From: Cyclobacteriaceae bacterium
GTDB taxonomy: Bacteria > Bacteroidota > Bacteroidia > Cytophagales > Cyclobacteriaceae
Direction of reading: 5' to 3'
Assembly: GCA_965215825.1 (NCBI GenBank)
Contig: CBDCEM010000002.1
Span: 1,614,504 to 1,678,503, forward strand
Length of the DNA stretch: 64,000 nt
Shown here: piece after piece, positions 29,001-38,187 of the stretch
Position numbering within the stretch: the stretch's first letter is position 1
Layout: the number at the start of each line of letters is the position of its first letter
Notes under the pieces: generated by a model
Database searches by the model: none
What the model was told of the DNA's origin: nothing
The model's input: only the letters and a program-made list of their open reading frames with translations
Translations under genes and position numbers: made by a program

Positions 29001-30455
29001 TTAGTCTACCTCTCCAAAATTTTTGTTACCGCACATCCTTACCACTTTCGGAGTAAAGGTGCCGACGACTTCAACAAGGCTTTCTTGTCTTGACATCACT
29101 TCATGGATATTTTTATACACCATGGGAGCTTCGTCTAGTCCGGAACCGATTAGTTCGATTCCAGCTTTTTTCAGATGTTGATCCACTTCCCACTTAGATA
29201 GAGTTTCCTTCGCGCGTCTTCGTGACATCAACCTGCCTGCGCCATGAGAGGCGGAATTGATAGATGCCATTTCTCCTTTTCCACGGACGATGAACCCCGG
29301 AGAAGTCATGGATCCCGGAATAACTCCTAGTACACCTTTCCCTGCCGGAGTAGCGCCTTTTCGATGAACAATGATCTCATCACCTTCTTCATCTTTCTCT
29401 TTCCACGCGAAATTGTGATGGTTTTCGATCATTGCCAGAGCCCTGCTTCCCAGAGATTTCGCCATTCTGTTATGAATATCATGATGACAAGCTGAGGCAT
29501 AATCTCCTGCCAGATTCATAGCTGCCCAATATTCCTGTCCATTTTCAGCATCCAGGCTCAGCCAGGCGAGGTGTTTTGCGGCTGGGGGAAGAGACCGTGA
29601 ATCCATGGCCAATTTGGTGTAATGCCGGGCGATGTTAGCACCCAATCCTCGAGAACCCGAATGAGTTAAAACAGATAAATACCTGCCTTTCGGTAGGCTC
29701 CATTCATTGTTTTCCTCCAGAATTTCAGCAGTCCCAAATTCCACAAAGTGATTGCCACCTCCTGAAGACCCGATTTGCTTTTGCGCTCGATCTTTCAATC
29801 CTTTTAAGATGTTGATTTCGCCAAAGAGGTCCCGATGCAGTACTTCATGATCCATAGTTCGTTCGAAAGCGGCATTCCCGAAACGCGTATTATCGATCAG
29901 CATTTTCTTCATGCGATCTGTATGAGTTCGTTCGAATACGGCCGGTATATCATAGAGCGTCATACACATCCTGCACCCGATATCCACTCCTACTCCGTAG
30001 GGGATAACAGCATTTTTAGTGGCCAAAACTCCGCCTATGGGCAATCCGTAACCTTGATGTGCGTCAGGCATTAAAGCACCTGCTTCTGCAATAGGAAGTT
30101 TCATCGCGATTTCCATTTGATTGATAGCACCAGGCTCTATGCCATCAGCTCCATAAATGGCATAAGGGATTCTTTTTTTTCGTAGTTCCAGTTCATTTTT
30201 TGCTTCTTCCCTGATGAGCAAGCCTTTAGCAATAGTACCTAATGTTGTATGTTTCACGTAAAAGGCAGGTGTTTCTACCACTTTTTGCAGCAAAGACATT
30301 TTGAAGACCTTGCTTTTTCCTTTGTAATGCTCTCCCATCACCGACATGGCCACAGCTATGATCTTGCCTTCCGGATACCCCATGTTGCGCAATTGCTTGC
30401 CGGTTATTTTGTTCGATGACATGATTCTAAAGTTTATAAGTTCATTTCGTACCAC
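29001..30455 (-). CDS. rtcB: RNA 3'-phosphate/2',3'-cyclic-phosphate–5'-OH ligase RtcB
   Basis: 484 aa. It carries the RtcB hallmark metal and GMP-His blocks (…DIGCRMC…, …HSGSRGLG…, …NHHNFAW…, …SHGAGR…). Confidence 0.9.
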   Translation of the reverse strand: MVRNELINFRIMSSNKITGKQLRNMGYPEGKIIAVAMSVMGEHYKGKSKVFKMSLLQKVVETPAFYVKHTTLGTIAKGLLIREEAKNELELRKKRIPYAIYGADGIEPGAINQMEIAMKLPIAEAGALMPDAHQGYGLPIGGVLATKNAVIPYGVGVDIGCRMCMTLYDIPAVFERTHTDRMKKMLIDNTRFGNAAFERTMDHEVLHRDLFGEINILKGLKDRAQKQIGSSGGGNHFVEFGTAEILEENNEWSLPKGRYLSVLTHSGSRGLGANIARHYTKLAMDSRSLPPAAKHLAWLSLDAENGQEYWAAMNLAGDYASACHHDIHNRMAKSLGSRALAMIENHHNFAWKEKDEEGDEIIVHRKGATPAGKGVLGVIPGSMTSPGFIVRGKGEMASINSASHGAGRLMSRRRAKETLSKWEVDQHLKKAGIELIGSGLDEAPMVYKNIHEVMSRQESLVEVVGTFTPKVVRMCGNKNFGEVD

Positions 30456-31390
30456 CTCAAAGTTTTATTTCTAAGGCGTTTTTTCAAGAGCTTCTCTTTT
30501 CTGAGAAAGTAGGGAGCTTCATCAGTTTCCTGAAATCCAAATTTCTTTGGAAGCTTTTTATAGAGAGATTTTGGAGGTCTGCTAAATGCCTTGTCAAGCC
30601 CTTTCAAAAGGCAACCCGTATCATAGGTATGATAGTAGATCCTGTTGCAGCCCAATTCATTGATCAGAAACATCAAACTGGCGTCCAGCACAGCTTCATC
30701 CCAGAGTTTGAAATACGCTGAAAGACATTCTTCAAAATAGATGAGAAAGTTTCGTAAGCTCCCATTTCCCCACCATACTTCTTCTTGCTTCTTTTTACTG
30801 ATTTTGATTTCTTTATGAGCTTCTTCGGCTTCATCATTGGCCTCCCTCAGCCAGTCTGTCTGAATTTCCTCAATCAGTGCTTCTCCTGTATCCAGGTCCA
30901 AATCAATTCGAGCCCAAGCCATCGTAAACCCTCCGCCTATTTTTATAGGGTGATCTTCATAGATAAATGGATGATAACCTTTGTCTGGCTTCAGGTATTG
31001 GAAGTACGCATTATTATGCGCGAAATCGAAATTTAGCTGCAATACCAGATTGATGCCTGATCGTGATGTCTGATACCAATTGTCGTTGCGATGTTTCATG
31101 TACTTACCCCACGTATCGATGGTATAATTGAAGAATTTACTGCTTTTAGTTACCTGATTTGAAAACAGGCTTGAAACCAGTTTGCTGCTGCCATGTTTTG
31201 CCATTACTTCTTTAATCATAGGTTTTTGAAGTAAATGACCGAATGGCGATTTCCTGACGGTTGTTACATCTTTCTCTTGATTAGTATAAAGTGAGAGTAA
31301 GTCAAAAGCATATTGGTCTTTGTGATAAGCAAATCCCTTTCCTTCTGTTTCTATGGTTTTTAGAATAAAGTCTACTTCTATAGGTGTCAT
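30434..31390 (-). CDS. Hypothetical protein, likely co-transcribed with rtcB
   Basis: 318-aa ORF whose end overlaps the rtcB start by 22 nt. No motif recognised by eye. A K-rich C-terminus. Confidence 0.5.
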   Translation of the reverse strand: MTPIEVDFILKTIETEGKGFAYHKDQYAFDLLSLYTNQEKDVTTVRKSPFGHLLQKPMIKEVMAKHGSSKLVSSLFSNQVTKSSKFFNYTIDTWGKYMKHRNDNWYQTSRSGINLVLQLNFDFAHNNAYFQYLKPDKGYHPFIYEDHPIKIGGGFTMAWARIDLDLDTGEALIEEIQTDWLREANDEAEEAHKEIKISKKKQEEVWWGNGSLRNFLIYFEECLSAYFKLWDEAVLDASLMFLINELGCNRIYYHTYDTGCLLKGLDKAFSRPPKSLYKKLPKKFGFQETDEAPYFLRKEKLLKKRLRNKTLRWYEMNL

Positions 31391-31442
31391 GATTTCTCAT
31401 GGAAATAGAGATGGGTAGACCAACCATCTATATCAGATTGGT

Positions 31443-32558
31443 CTACCTGTTGATGAAAATCTCTCGAAGCTGATCGATCATCTGGCCGTTTCCAGCGACG
31501 GTGATTTCTCCTACCTTGTCGGCGATTTTCTCAACATATTCCATCTCTTTCAGTTTGAACAACATCTCGTTCTCCTCCATCAATTTGGCGGTGTTGAGCA
31601 AGCTTCTGGTAGAAGCCGTTTCTTCACGTCTCATGATGACATTGGCTTGTGCCTGTTTCTGGGCCATCAATACCTGGTTCATGATTTCCTTCATGTCTCC
31701 GGGTAAAATGATGTCCTTCACACCACAATCAATGATTCTTACGCCAAGTGCCGCTGCTTTTTTGCTCACCCTATCCAGAACAGATTCGCCCAGCTCCTCT
31801 TTTTTCTCAAGGAGCTCATCCAAAGTATGAGTGCCTGCAAATTCACGAAGTGCGATTTGCATTGTTGTATACAATTGGAGTGCGTAATTCTTGTTCTCGA
31901 CCAGAGCTTTCTGCACATCGACAACCTGGTAGTTTCCCAGGAAGTTGACCCGAATAGCCGCTTTGTCTTTAGTAAGAATCTCCTGACCCAGTACCTCAGC
32001 CTGGGTTTGCCTCATATCCACTGTATCCAGGGTTATGGTCTGTGTGTTTTTCCAGAAGTGATAGGTGCCGCTACCAAGCATTTTCTCAAAGCGACCATTG
32101 ACATACAATACACCACGCTCGTAGGGTTGTACGGCAAAGGTTCGCACATAAGGAATTAATGCCTGACGGTTAAGAATGCTGACATCAATAGGCTCCGTTA
32201 TCTCAATTTTCCTGAGATCTACGGCCAGAAATGCATATTCCTTAACACCTTTCCAGTATGCATATTGTCCCGGAGGTAAGACCTTGGTAAAACGTCCATC
32301 TTCATATTTCAGGACGATTTCATGATCTTTTACATCCGCGACGACCAGTTCCTGTTTCAATTGCGTGTCTCGCAATAAGATGTTCAGGTCCTGATTGGTC
32401 TTGCCGTCAGCCTTCGGTTGGAAAGGCAGGTCCCGGTCGTAAATGACCACACTTTCGAAGGGAGTCACCCAATGGACCCCTTCCATGATCAAGCGATTGT
32501 AATCTCCTCTCCTGAAGACGAGACCGACTTTTCCGACATTGATTCTGACTCTTTTCAT
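31443..32558 (-). CDS. SPFH/slipin-family protein lacking an N-terminal TM anchor, with an extra N-terminal beta domain
   Basis: The C-terminal 200 aa are stomatin/SPFH-like (…AIRVNFLGNYQVVDVQKALVENKNYALQLYTTMQIALREFAGTHTLDELLEKKEELG…RIIDCGVKDIILPGDMKEIMNQVLMAQKQAQANVIMRREETAS…). No hydrophobic anchor is visible. Confidence 0.6.
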   Translation of the reverse strand: MKRVRINVGKVGLVFRRGDYNRLIMEGVHWVTPFESVVIYDRDLPFQPKADGKTNQDLNILLRDTQLKQELVVADVKDHEIVLKYEDGRFTKVLPPGQYAYWKGVKEYAFLAVDLRKIEITEPIDVSILNRQALIPYVRTFAVQPYERGVLYVNGRFEKMLGSGTYHFWKNTQTITLDTVDMRQTQAEVLGQEILTKDKAAIRVNFLGNYQVVDVQKALVENKNYALQLYTTMQIALREFAGTHTLDELLEKKEELGESVLDRVSKKAAALGVRIIDCGVKDIILPGDMKEIMNQVLMAQKQAQANVIMRREETASTRSLLNTAKLMEENEMLFKLKEMEYVEKIADKVGEITVAGNGQMIDQLREIFINR

Positions 32559-32966
32559 TGTTCTAAATATTTACGATCACTAAAAAATTCTTTTTCGATA
32601 AAGCAAGGCCGCTCATAACCACGCCGGGTCTGCGGAGCATTGATTGAGTAAATCCACCTCCCCAGAGTTTGCCACTGGATCAACATGTTTTGTCCGGACC
32701 AACGTCTGAACATACCATGTATCTTTAAATGGCAAAGCCTGAGAATTGAGCTTTACGGTATCCTCAACACCCGGCCTATCTGACGCTCTCCTGTTCAGGA
32801 TCGAAATCCGGAACTTTGGGTCATGACAGGCCCTGCTTTTGTTAATAAATGGCACCCATTTTTATAGAAGGTTGGATGACTTCTACTCTAATGCATAGAG
32901 TTTCCCTTTTTCAAAGAGAGAGCAGGTTATTAGCCTGCGAGACCGTTGCCTTATCCAATTAGGCGA

Positions 32967-33004
32967 CTGATGCATACATCAGGAGGGACTCGAACCCCCA
33001 ATCC
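32967..33004 (-). other. tRNA 3'-half-like element (canonical T-arm GGGGG-TTCGAGT-CCCTC plus an acceptor-like 3' strand) with an adjacent CTGATG/CATCAG hairpin. No anticodon or D arm.
   Basis: Read directly from the sequence. The T-loop consensus T54T55C56R57A58 is present. No complementary 5' acceptor strand was found within 120 nt. Confidence 0.4.
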
Positions 33005-33112
33005 ACAGTTAAAGTGATCTATCGTCCGATCTGTCAGCATATCCTAACTCTACTGGTCGGACACTATGGTGCTATACAGAAACACACATGTTGTCATCAC
33101 TTCCGAATAAAT

Positions 33113-33139
33113 CGCCTCTCTCCCCAGATTCGAACTGGG
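33113..33139 (-). other. Second tRNA 3'-half-like element (T-arm CCCAG-TTCGAAT-CTGGG plus GAGAGAG)
   Basis: Canonical T-arm. No anticodon arm or 5' acceptor partner could be built. Confidence 0.35.
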
Positions 33140-33335
33140 ACCTCCTTTGGTAAGGGTTAGCCTGGCTCTAAATGCGCTTCCCTACTAAACTTCATTCGAG
33201 TGGTTTTTCGGTGCTTCTGCAAATTCTATTCATCAATGCGCGAAGCTTTGACAACTTCATCCAGGCAGTACACGGTTACGTTCAAAAGACTTTTACCGCA
33301 GCACTTCCTTTTGTGCTAGAGAGAGTTATAAATCG

Positions 33336-33409
33336 TATGTCTGAAAGGATTCGAACCTTCAACTCCCGTGTTAAAAGCACGGTACTCAGCCAATTTGAGC
33401 TACAGACAT
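33336..33409 (-). tRNA. tRNA-Lys (anticodon UUU), CCA not encoded, with an unusual A1:U72 first acceptor pair
   Basis: Minus-sense fold: ATGTCTG-TA-GCTC-AAATTGGCT-GAGT-A-CCGTG-CTTTTAA-CACGG-GAGTT-GAAGG-TTCGAAT-CCTTT-CAGACAT-A. All arms pair. U8, G18G19, U33, A37 and T54-C56 are present. Confidence 0.65.
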
Positions 33410-33456
33410 AATTATCGAGAGGCCTCTCGATGACTTTCATTTGGTTTGGAAGGTGC

Positions 33457-33482
33457 CTGCCCGGTGGCTGTGCACCGGGCAG
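33457..33482. other. Perfect 10-bp stem / 6-nt loop hairpin (CTGCCCGGTG-GCTGTG-CACCGGGCAG)
   Basis: Seen directly. In minus sense it lies about 45 nt upstream of tRNA-Lys. Confidence 0.5.
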
Positions 33483-33710
33483 ATTCATGAGCTATACGTT
33501 CATGCCCTTCCCAAAAGGCTAGGTTTAGGTCGATAGTTGTTTTGTTTTGGTTTATAAACCAGCCTTTACCCCTCTCGAATGGAGCTTTATCAAACATCAC
33601 CAGGCAAACGGAACCTGACTTGTGGTCTCTAACCACTCTCCAAACTCAGAGGAAGCACCCGTTCTGCACTTCCTGCCGGGTATGTACTTATTAATAAAAC
33701 AAGTACATCG

Positions 33711-33758
33711 TCAACTTGCCAGGAGTCGAACCTGGTTTTGCACCTTAAGCACAAGTCG
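33711..33758 (-). ncRNA. 48-nt tRNA-like minihelix: a 7-bp acceptor stem (one G-U) directly joined to a canonical T-arm, with a 16-nt connector and no D or anticodon arms
   Basis: Minus sense: CGACTTG-TGCTTAAGGTGCAAAA-CCAGG-TTCGACT-CCTGG-CAAGTTG-A. The acceptor strands are complementary (G-U at position 2). The discriminator is A. Confidence 0.4.
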
Positions 33759-33773
33759 AAAAAAATATGGATC

Positions 33774-33806
33774 AAAAAAAGCCCCGTTCACAGGAATGAA
33801 CGGGGC
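33774..33806 (-). terminator. Rho-independent terminator (GCCCCGTTCA-TTCCTG-TGAACGGGGC then T7) on the minus strand
   Basis: Perfect 10-bp stem followed by TTTTTTTGAT in minus sense. In minus sense it sits between the dipeptidase gene and the tRNA-like cluster. Confidence 0.6.
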
Positions 33807-34233
33807 TCAAATGCTTTAGCAATTGACCGAAATCATTCCTTGTGTATCCAATAAGATCCCATTGCCGGAAGGGCATAACTCTCCTGAGTTGAAAATTCTC
33901 CCAACAGAATATTATTTGGCTTCACATTTATTTTGTCCAATTTCATTGAAAACAAAAAACCCAGGCTTTTGACCTGGGTTTCATCTATCTACAGTTCGTA
34001 AATTCAACTATTACCAGGCCAGTACCTCCATAAATCACAACCAAACCCTACTTCTCCGAGGGGGTTGCTTAGCGATATGTGTGTGTACTTTCTCAATTCA
34101 TTTTTCTTTTGTTGTTGCAAGTATCGAACAATCAATTCTAAAAACCAAATAATATTCTATTTTTTGCGAGAAAATCGAATTCTTAAGTTCTGCCGTACTA
34201 GCTGATTCCATGTAAAGAATAATGCTTAATCCG

Positions 34234-35319
34234 TTAATTCCAAGACCGACGGAAAAAGTTGATCCAGTTTTCTGAGCAGATATTTGAGATGTCTGTGTCG
34301 TTATAGCCTCTTTCTTTTAAAAGCGCGGGTATTTTTTGTAAGTCTGCGATGGTATCCAGATCGGAGGGGCTTTGTTCAGTGCCAAATGCGCCATCCAAAT
34401 CTGAGCCTATACCAGCATGAAGAGAATTGCCGGCCAATTGGCAAACGTGATCAATGTGATCCACTACACTACTCAGATTCACATTTTCACTTTGAGGAGT
34501 AGATTGGCCCCGTATCCAGTTTGGGGTAAGCATCCATGCATCCATAGCAGCACCTATCACCGAACCTCTCGAAATTAGCTCTTTCAATTGCTCATCGGAA
34601 AATTGCCTATGATGAGGAACTAGTGCTCTACAATTGTTGTGACTGGCACAAACGGGTCCATTGTAGCAATCCATCGCTTCCCAGAAGCTGTCATCACACA
34701 AATGCGTCGCGTCAAGTATAATCCCGAGACGGGCCATTTCGGTGAGTAGCGCTTTTCCTTTTTGTCCGATGCCTCCTGTAGCATCAGTGCCTTGTGCATA
34801 GGTACCTGGGCCGTAGTGGGCCGGTCCAATTAATCTAAGTCCACCGTCATATGCTTTTTCAAGATGTCCGAAGCTAACAATGGAATCAGCACCTTCTAAA
34901 CTCCTGATGAGTCCAATAGGCGTGGCAGACGGATCTGTATTCCAATTGATCAGGTGCTCTTCCAGGCTTTTGCTATCTGTGATCAGGTGAAAATGTCCCT
35001 CATCGATCATGACCTCATACCAGGCTTTCTGTCCCTGGGTCTGAGCCCAGGCTTGTTCGGGTGAATTCCAACTGGCACCGGGTAGTGTATTACTTCTTTT
35101 GGTGTAACGAGCAATTTGGGTACCAATTACGATACCAATATTGCCTTGACGCAAACTCGGTAAGGTAACCGTGCCTTTCTCCCGGTCAGGCTTGTCAGTC
35201 ATGCCTTTTTCCGAGTCGCGAATTTCCTGAACGGTCCATCTCAAATCACGATTCCACTCCAGGGCGTTCATGGAGAGGTCCAGATGAGCATCGAAAATAA
35301 AGGGTGGTTGAGCTTTCAT
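34234..35319 (-). CDS. Membrane dipeptidase (peptidase family M19, renal-dipeptidase-like)
   Basis: N-terminal FDAHLDLSMN metal-binding motif plus further His/Asp/Glu ligand blocks typical of M19. 361 aa. Confidence 0.75.
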   Translation of the reverse strand: MKAQPPFIFDAHLDLSMNALEWNRDLRWTVQEIRDSEKGMTDKPDREKGTVTLPSLRQGNIGIVIGTQIARYTKRSNTLPGASWNSPEQAWAQTQGQKAWYEVMIDEGHFHLITDSKSLEEHLINWNTDPSATPIGLIRSLEGADSIVSFGHLEKAYDGGLRLIGPAHYGPGTYAQGTDATGGIGQKGKALLTEMARLGIILDATHLCDDSFWEAMDCYNGPVCASHNNCRALVPHHRQFSDEQLKELISRGSVIGAAMDAWMLTPNWIRGQSTPQSENVNLSSVVDHIDHVCQLAGNSLHAGIGSDLDGAFGTEQSPSDLDTIADLQKIPALLKERGYNDTDISNICSENWINFFRRSWN

Positions 35320-36402
35320 TTAGAAATGTAAGTAAAATCGATCACGGGCATCAATGACCCAAAATTCTTTGAAGGTTTGGTGTTCCACTGCTATTGCCTT
35401 GTTGTGCAAAGCCATACTGGGGCAAATGTGATAGGGGATGGCAAAGACACGATCTCCGATATTCCAATGCTGCGCTGCGGAGGTAGAAATCACCATATGT
35501 TCTTCGCTGTGGACTTCTATTACCGCATCAGGTATTTCAGGGAATGTAGCCACCGGGGCCTTCATTTCCGCTGCAATAGCCTTATGTCCTAAGTCGATGC
35601 AAATTTTATTGGCGCCAGGTTTACTCACTACGCGGGCCATCAGTATCGCAGCTATTTCGAATGGAAGGTCCGGAAAACTACTGGCATAGCCATAATCCCA
35701 GAGCAATGTAGTACCTGGAGAAAGTTGCCGATTTTCGTAGGTGGCGTGAATCGGGAAAGTAATGCTCCCTCCGCAAATCAACTCTTTGTTTTGCGTTCCG
35801 GTTTTTTCTACCAGCTCAACTATAGGTTCGAAGGTTTTTTCAACTGTGTTTTTCCTGAGCTCTGGATCTTCGTCGTGAATGTGGCCATCGTAAGCATGCC
35901 ACCCTCTGAAATTCAAGGCATTTTCATGGATTAATTTCAAGAGCCGCGCTGCTTTTTTGATGGAGCATCCGGTTCGGTTCATACCGACATTTAAATCGAT
36001 ATACACGTTTACATATTGTTCTTGTGATGCCCAGGGTTTTAATTGATCCGCATGATCAATTAGAAAGGAAAATTGTGTATTAGGGAAATGACTATTTAAG
36101 GAAAGGAATTGATCAATAGCAGGTCCTATCAAAGGATAAGCGATTAATACATCACTCGCGCCACTGGCACCTAACATGAAAGCTTCTGAAAGGGTAGCAC
36201 ATTTGAACTTGTGTATACCTCTTTCGATTTGCAATTTGACAATGTCGGCACATTTGTGCGTTTTAACGTGTGGCCGTAACCTGGAAGGCTCCCCCGCAAT
36301 TTTGATCATAGCCTCAATATTGCTTTTGATTCGCTGAGGGTATACCATCACTGCTGGTGTCAAAACCTCTCCGTGATTTTCGAATTCAAACCACGCTGAC
36401 AT
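35320..36402 (-). CDS. D-TA-family PLP enzyme (alanine-racemase-like N-domain; D-threonine aldolase/D-serine deaminase-like)
   Basis: PLP-Lys context (RPHVKTHKC) near the N-terminus of a TIM-barrel-like domain, with a C-terminal beta domain. 360 aa. 0-bp spacing to the dipeptidase gene. Confidence 0.65.
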   Translation of the reverse strand: MSAWFEFENHGEVLTPAVMVYPQRIKSNIEAMIKIAGEPSRLRPHVKTHKCADIVKLQIERGIHKFKCATLSEAFMLGASGASDVLIAYPLIGPAIDQFLSLNSHFPNTQFSFLIDHADQLKPWASQEQYVNVYIDLNVGMNRTGCSIKKAARLLKLIHENALNFRGWHAYDGHIHDEDPELRKNTVEKTFEPIVELVEKTGTQNKELICGGSITFPIHATYENRQLSPGTTLLWDYGYASSFPDLPFEIAAILMARVVSKPGANKICIDLGHKAIAAEMKAPVATFPEIPDAVIEVHSEEHMVISTSAAQHWNIGDRVFAIPYHICPSMALHNKAIAVEHQTFKEFWVIDARDRFYLHF

Positions 36403-36403
36403 A

Positions 36404-36865
36404 TTATTTCAATTGAAAGATTGCCTCAATTTCAACTGCAATACCCCCGGGGAGCATCATCCCAACTGCACTTCTGGCTCCTATTCCCAGATCATCTCCC
36501 AGGAGTTCTCCTATCAATTCACTAAAACCATTTATTACTTTGGGATGATTTGGAAAGTCTGGAGTTGAGTTCACCATCCCTAATGTTTTTACAATGCGAT
36601 GGATGCTGTCAAAATTACCCAGTTGACTTTTGATAGTGGACAACATAGTAAGAGCGACTTGCTTTGCAGCATCATACCCTTCTTCGACACTCAGATTGTC
36701 CCCTAATCTTCCGATGATCAGGCTCCCATCCGTTCTTGAAGGACCCTGGCCCGAAACATAGAGCATGTTATCAATGACAATGGCAGGTTTGTAAACTCCG
36801 GCTGGGGACGGGGGTGGAGGTAATTCCAGACCAAGTTTTTGTAATTTTTCTTCTATTGGGTTCAT
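36404..36865 (-). CDS. RidA/YjgF-family reactive-intermediate deaminase
   Basis: Chorismate-mutase-like fold blocks (…YVSGQGP…, …VKTLGMVNS…, …ARSAVGMMLPGGIAVEIEA). The ORF track extends it to 36940, but the in-frame ATG at 36865 removes the overlap with the GntP gene. Confidence 0.7.
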   Translation of the reverse strand: MNPIEEKLQKLGLELPPPPSPAGVYKPAIVIDNMLYVSGQGPSRTDGSLIIGRLGDNLSVEEGYDAAKQVALTMLSTIKSQLGNFDSIHRIVKTLGMVNSTPDFPNHPKVINGFSELIGELLGDDLGIGARSAVGMMLPGGIAVEIEAIFQLK

Positions 36866-36867
36866 TG

Positions 36868-38175
36868 TTATACGAAAAGATCGAGGATTAAAACTGTGAT
36901 TAAACCAACAATGGAAACAGTAGTTTCCATCAGCGTCCATGAGAGCAAAGTTTCTTTGATGCTCACATTGAAATATTCTTTGAAAAGCCAGAAGCCACCA
37001 TCATTGACATGCGAGAATGTGATACTTCCTGCACCGGTGGCTAACACTAATAACTCGGGCGAAACAATGCCCGCGGCGGCAGTTGGGACCATAATACCTG
37101 CAGCAGTTAATGCAGAGACTGTAGCTGAGCCCACACTTACCCGAATGACAGCCGCAATTAGCCAGGCCATTATTAGCGGAGACATACCTAAGCTCCCCAT
37201 TAGGGCGCCAATGGCTTCACTAACCTCTGTGGCTATCATAATTTCTTTAAAGGCTCCCGCTCCGGCAATGATCAGCAACACGCCAGCAACACCGGAAACG
37301 GCGGATGAGATTACCTTCATTACTTCTTTAATATTTCTGCCTGTTTTGACACCCAGGAAATAGATGGCGCTTAATACCGCCAGAAGCATGGCTAATGCTG
37401 GGTTGCCAAGGGCTTCCAAAAGACTATTTGGTCCAACGACAGATTTAAGTATAGATGCACCTCCAATCAGAACAACTGGCAAGAGAGCAATCACCAGACT
37501 GGTTCCCAGGGAAGGAACCTTGTATTCTTGAGTGGGCTCTACGACGTACTCTTCTAAAGGAATGGGCTTGATGCGTTGCATGGTGCCTCGCAAGAAGAAT
37601 TTTGCTGCGAAGATGGCTGGAATACCAGCAATTATTCCGTAGATCAAAGTCAGACCCAGGTCTGCCGAATACATTTCGGCAATAGCAGTGGGGGCAGGGT
37701 GAGGAGGTAAAAAACCATGCGTTACAGAAAGAGAAGCCAACATAGGTAAACCGACATAAAGCAGCGGCAACCCGGTATTGGCGGCAATTGCGATTACCAA
37801 AGGGACAAGTATCACAAATCCCACGGTGTAGAACATCGGAATGCCGACAATGAAGCCCGTAACAATCAAGGCGATTTGTATGTTTTTTCGGCCAAATTTT
37901 GCCACCAGACTATTGGTGATGTTATTGGCAGCTCCACTCTCAGCAACCAGTTTACCTAACATGGCCCCAAACCCCAATACCATTACCAGGGACCCCAGGG
38001 TTTTCCCAATGCCGCTTTGAATGGCACTTATTGTTTCCGGAACGGATAGGCCGCCTAAAACCCCGACAAACAGGCAAACAAGCATGAAAGAGATGAATGC
38101 ATCTAATTTGACAACTGTCACGAGAAGAATCAGCGTAAGAATACCGAGGATGATAGGAAGAAAAGTCATAGTCAA
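36868..38175 (-). CDS. GntP-family permease (gluconate/sugar-acid:H+ symporter)
   Basis: 435 aa with about 12 TM helices. Both the N-terminal and C-terminal signature regions are typical of GntP. Confidence 0.75.
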   Translation of the reverse strand: MTMTFLPIILGILTLILLVTVVKLDAFISFMLVCLFVGVLGGLSVPETISAIQSGIGKTLGSLVMVLGFGAMLGKLVAESGAANNITNSLVAKFGRKNIQIALIVTGFIVGIPMFYTVGFVILVPLVIAIAANTGLPLLYVGLPMLASLSVTHGFLPPHPAPTAIAEMYSADLGLTLIYGIIAGIPAIFAAKFFLRGTMQRIKPIPLEEYVVEPTQEYKVPSLGTSLVIALLPVVLIGGASILKSVVGPNSLLEALGNPALAMLLAVLSAIYFLGVKTGRNIKEVMKVISSAVSGVAGVLLIIAGAGAFKEIMIATEVSEAIGALMGSLGMSPLIMAWLIAAVIRVSVGSATVSALTAAGIMVPTAAAGIVSPELLVLATGAGSITFSHVNDGGFWLFKEYFNVSIKETLLSWTLMETTVSIVGLITVLILDLFV

Positions 38176-38187
38176 ATTAGTATTGAT

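Noticed and set aside
32613-33830. Integrase or other mobile-element gene next to the tRNA-like fragments. The 80-aa ORF 32613..32855 was considered.
   Set aside because: No tyrosine- or serine-recombinase motifs are present anywhere in 32.5-34.2 kb. The att-scar idea therefore stays unsupported by a recombinase in this window and is kept only as a hypothesis.
32880-33830. tmRNA (ssrA) on the minus strand, suggested by T-arm-like ends.
   Set aside because: None of the acceptor-like 3' strands finds a complementary 5' GGGG-type partner at tmRNA distance. tRNA-Lys sits in the middle of where the body would be. I could not identify a tag-peptide reading frame ending ALAA.
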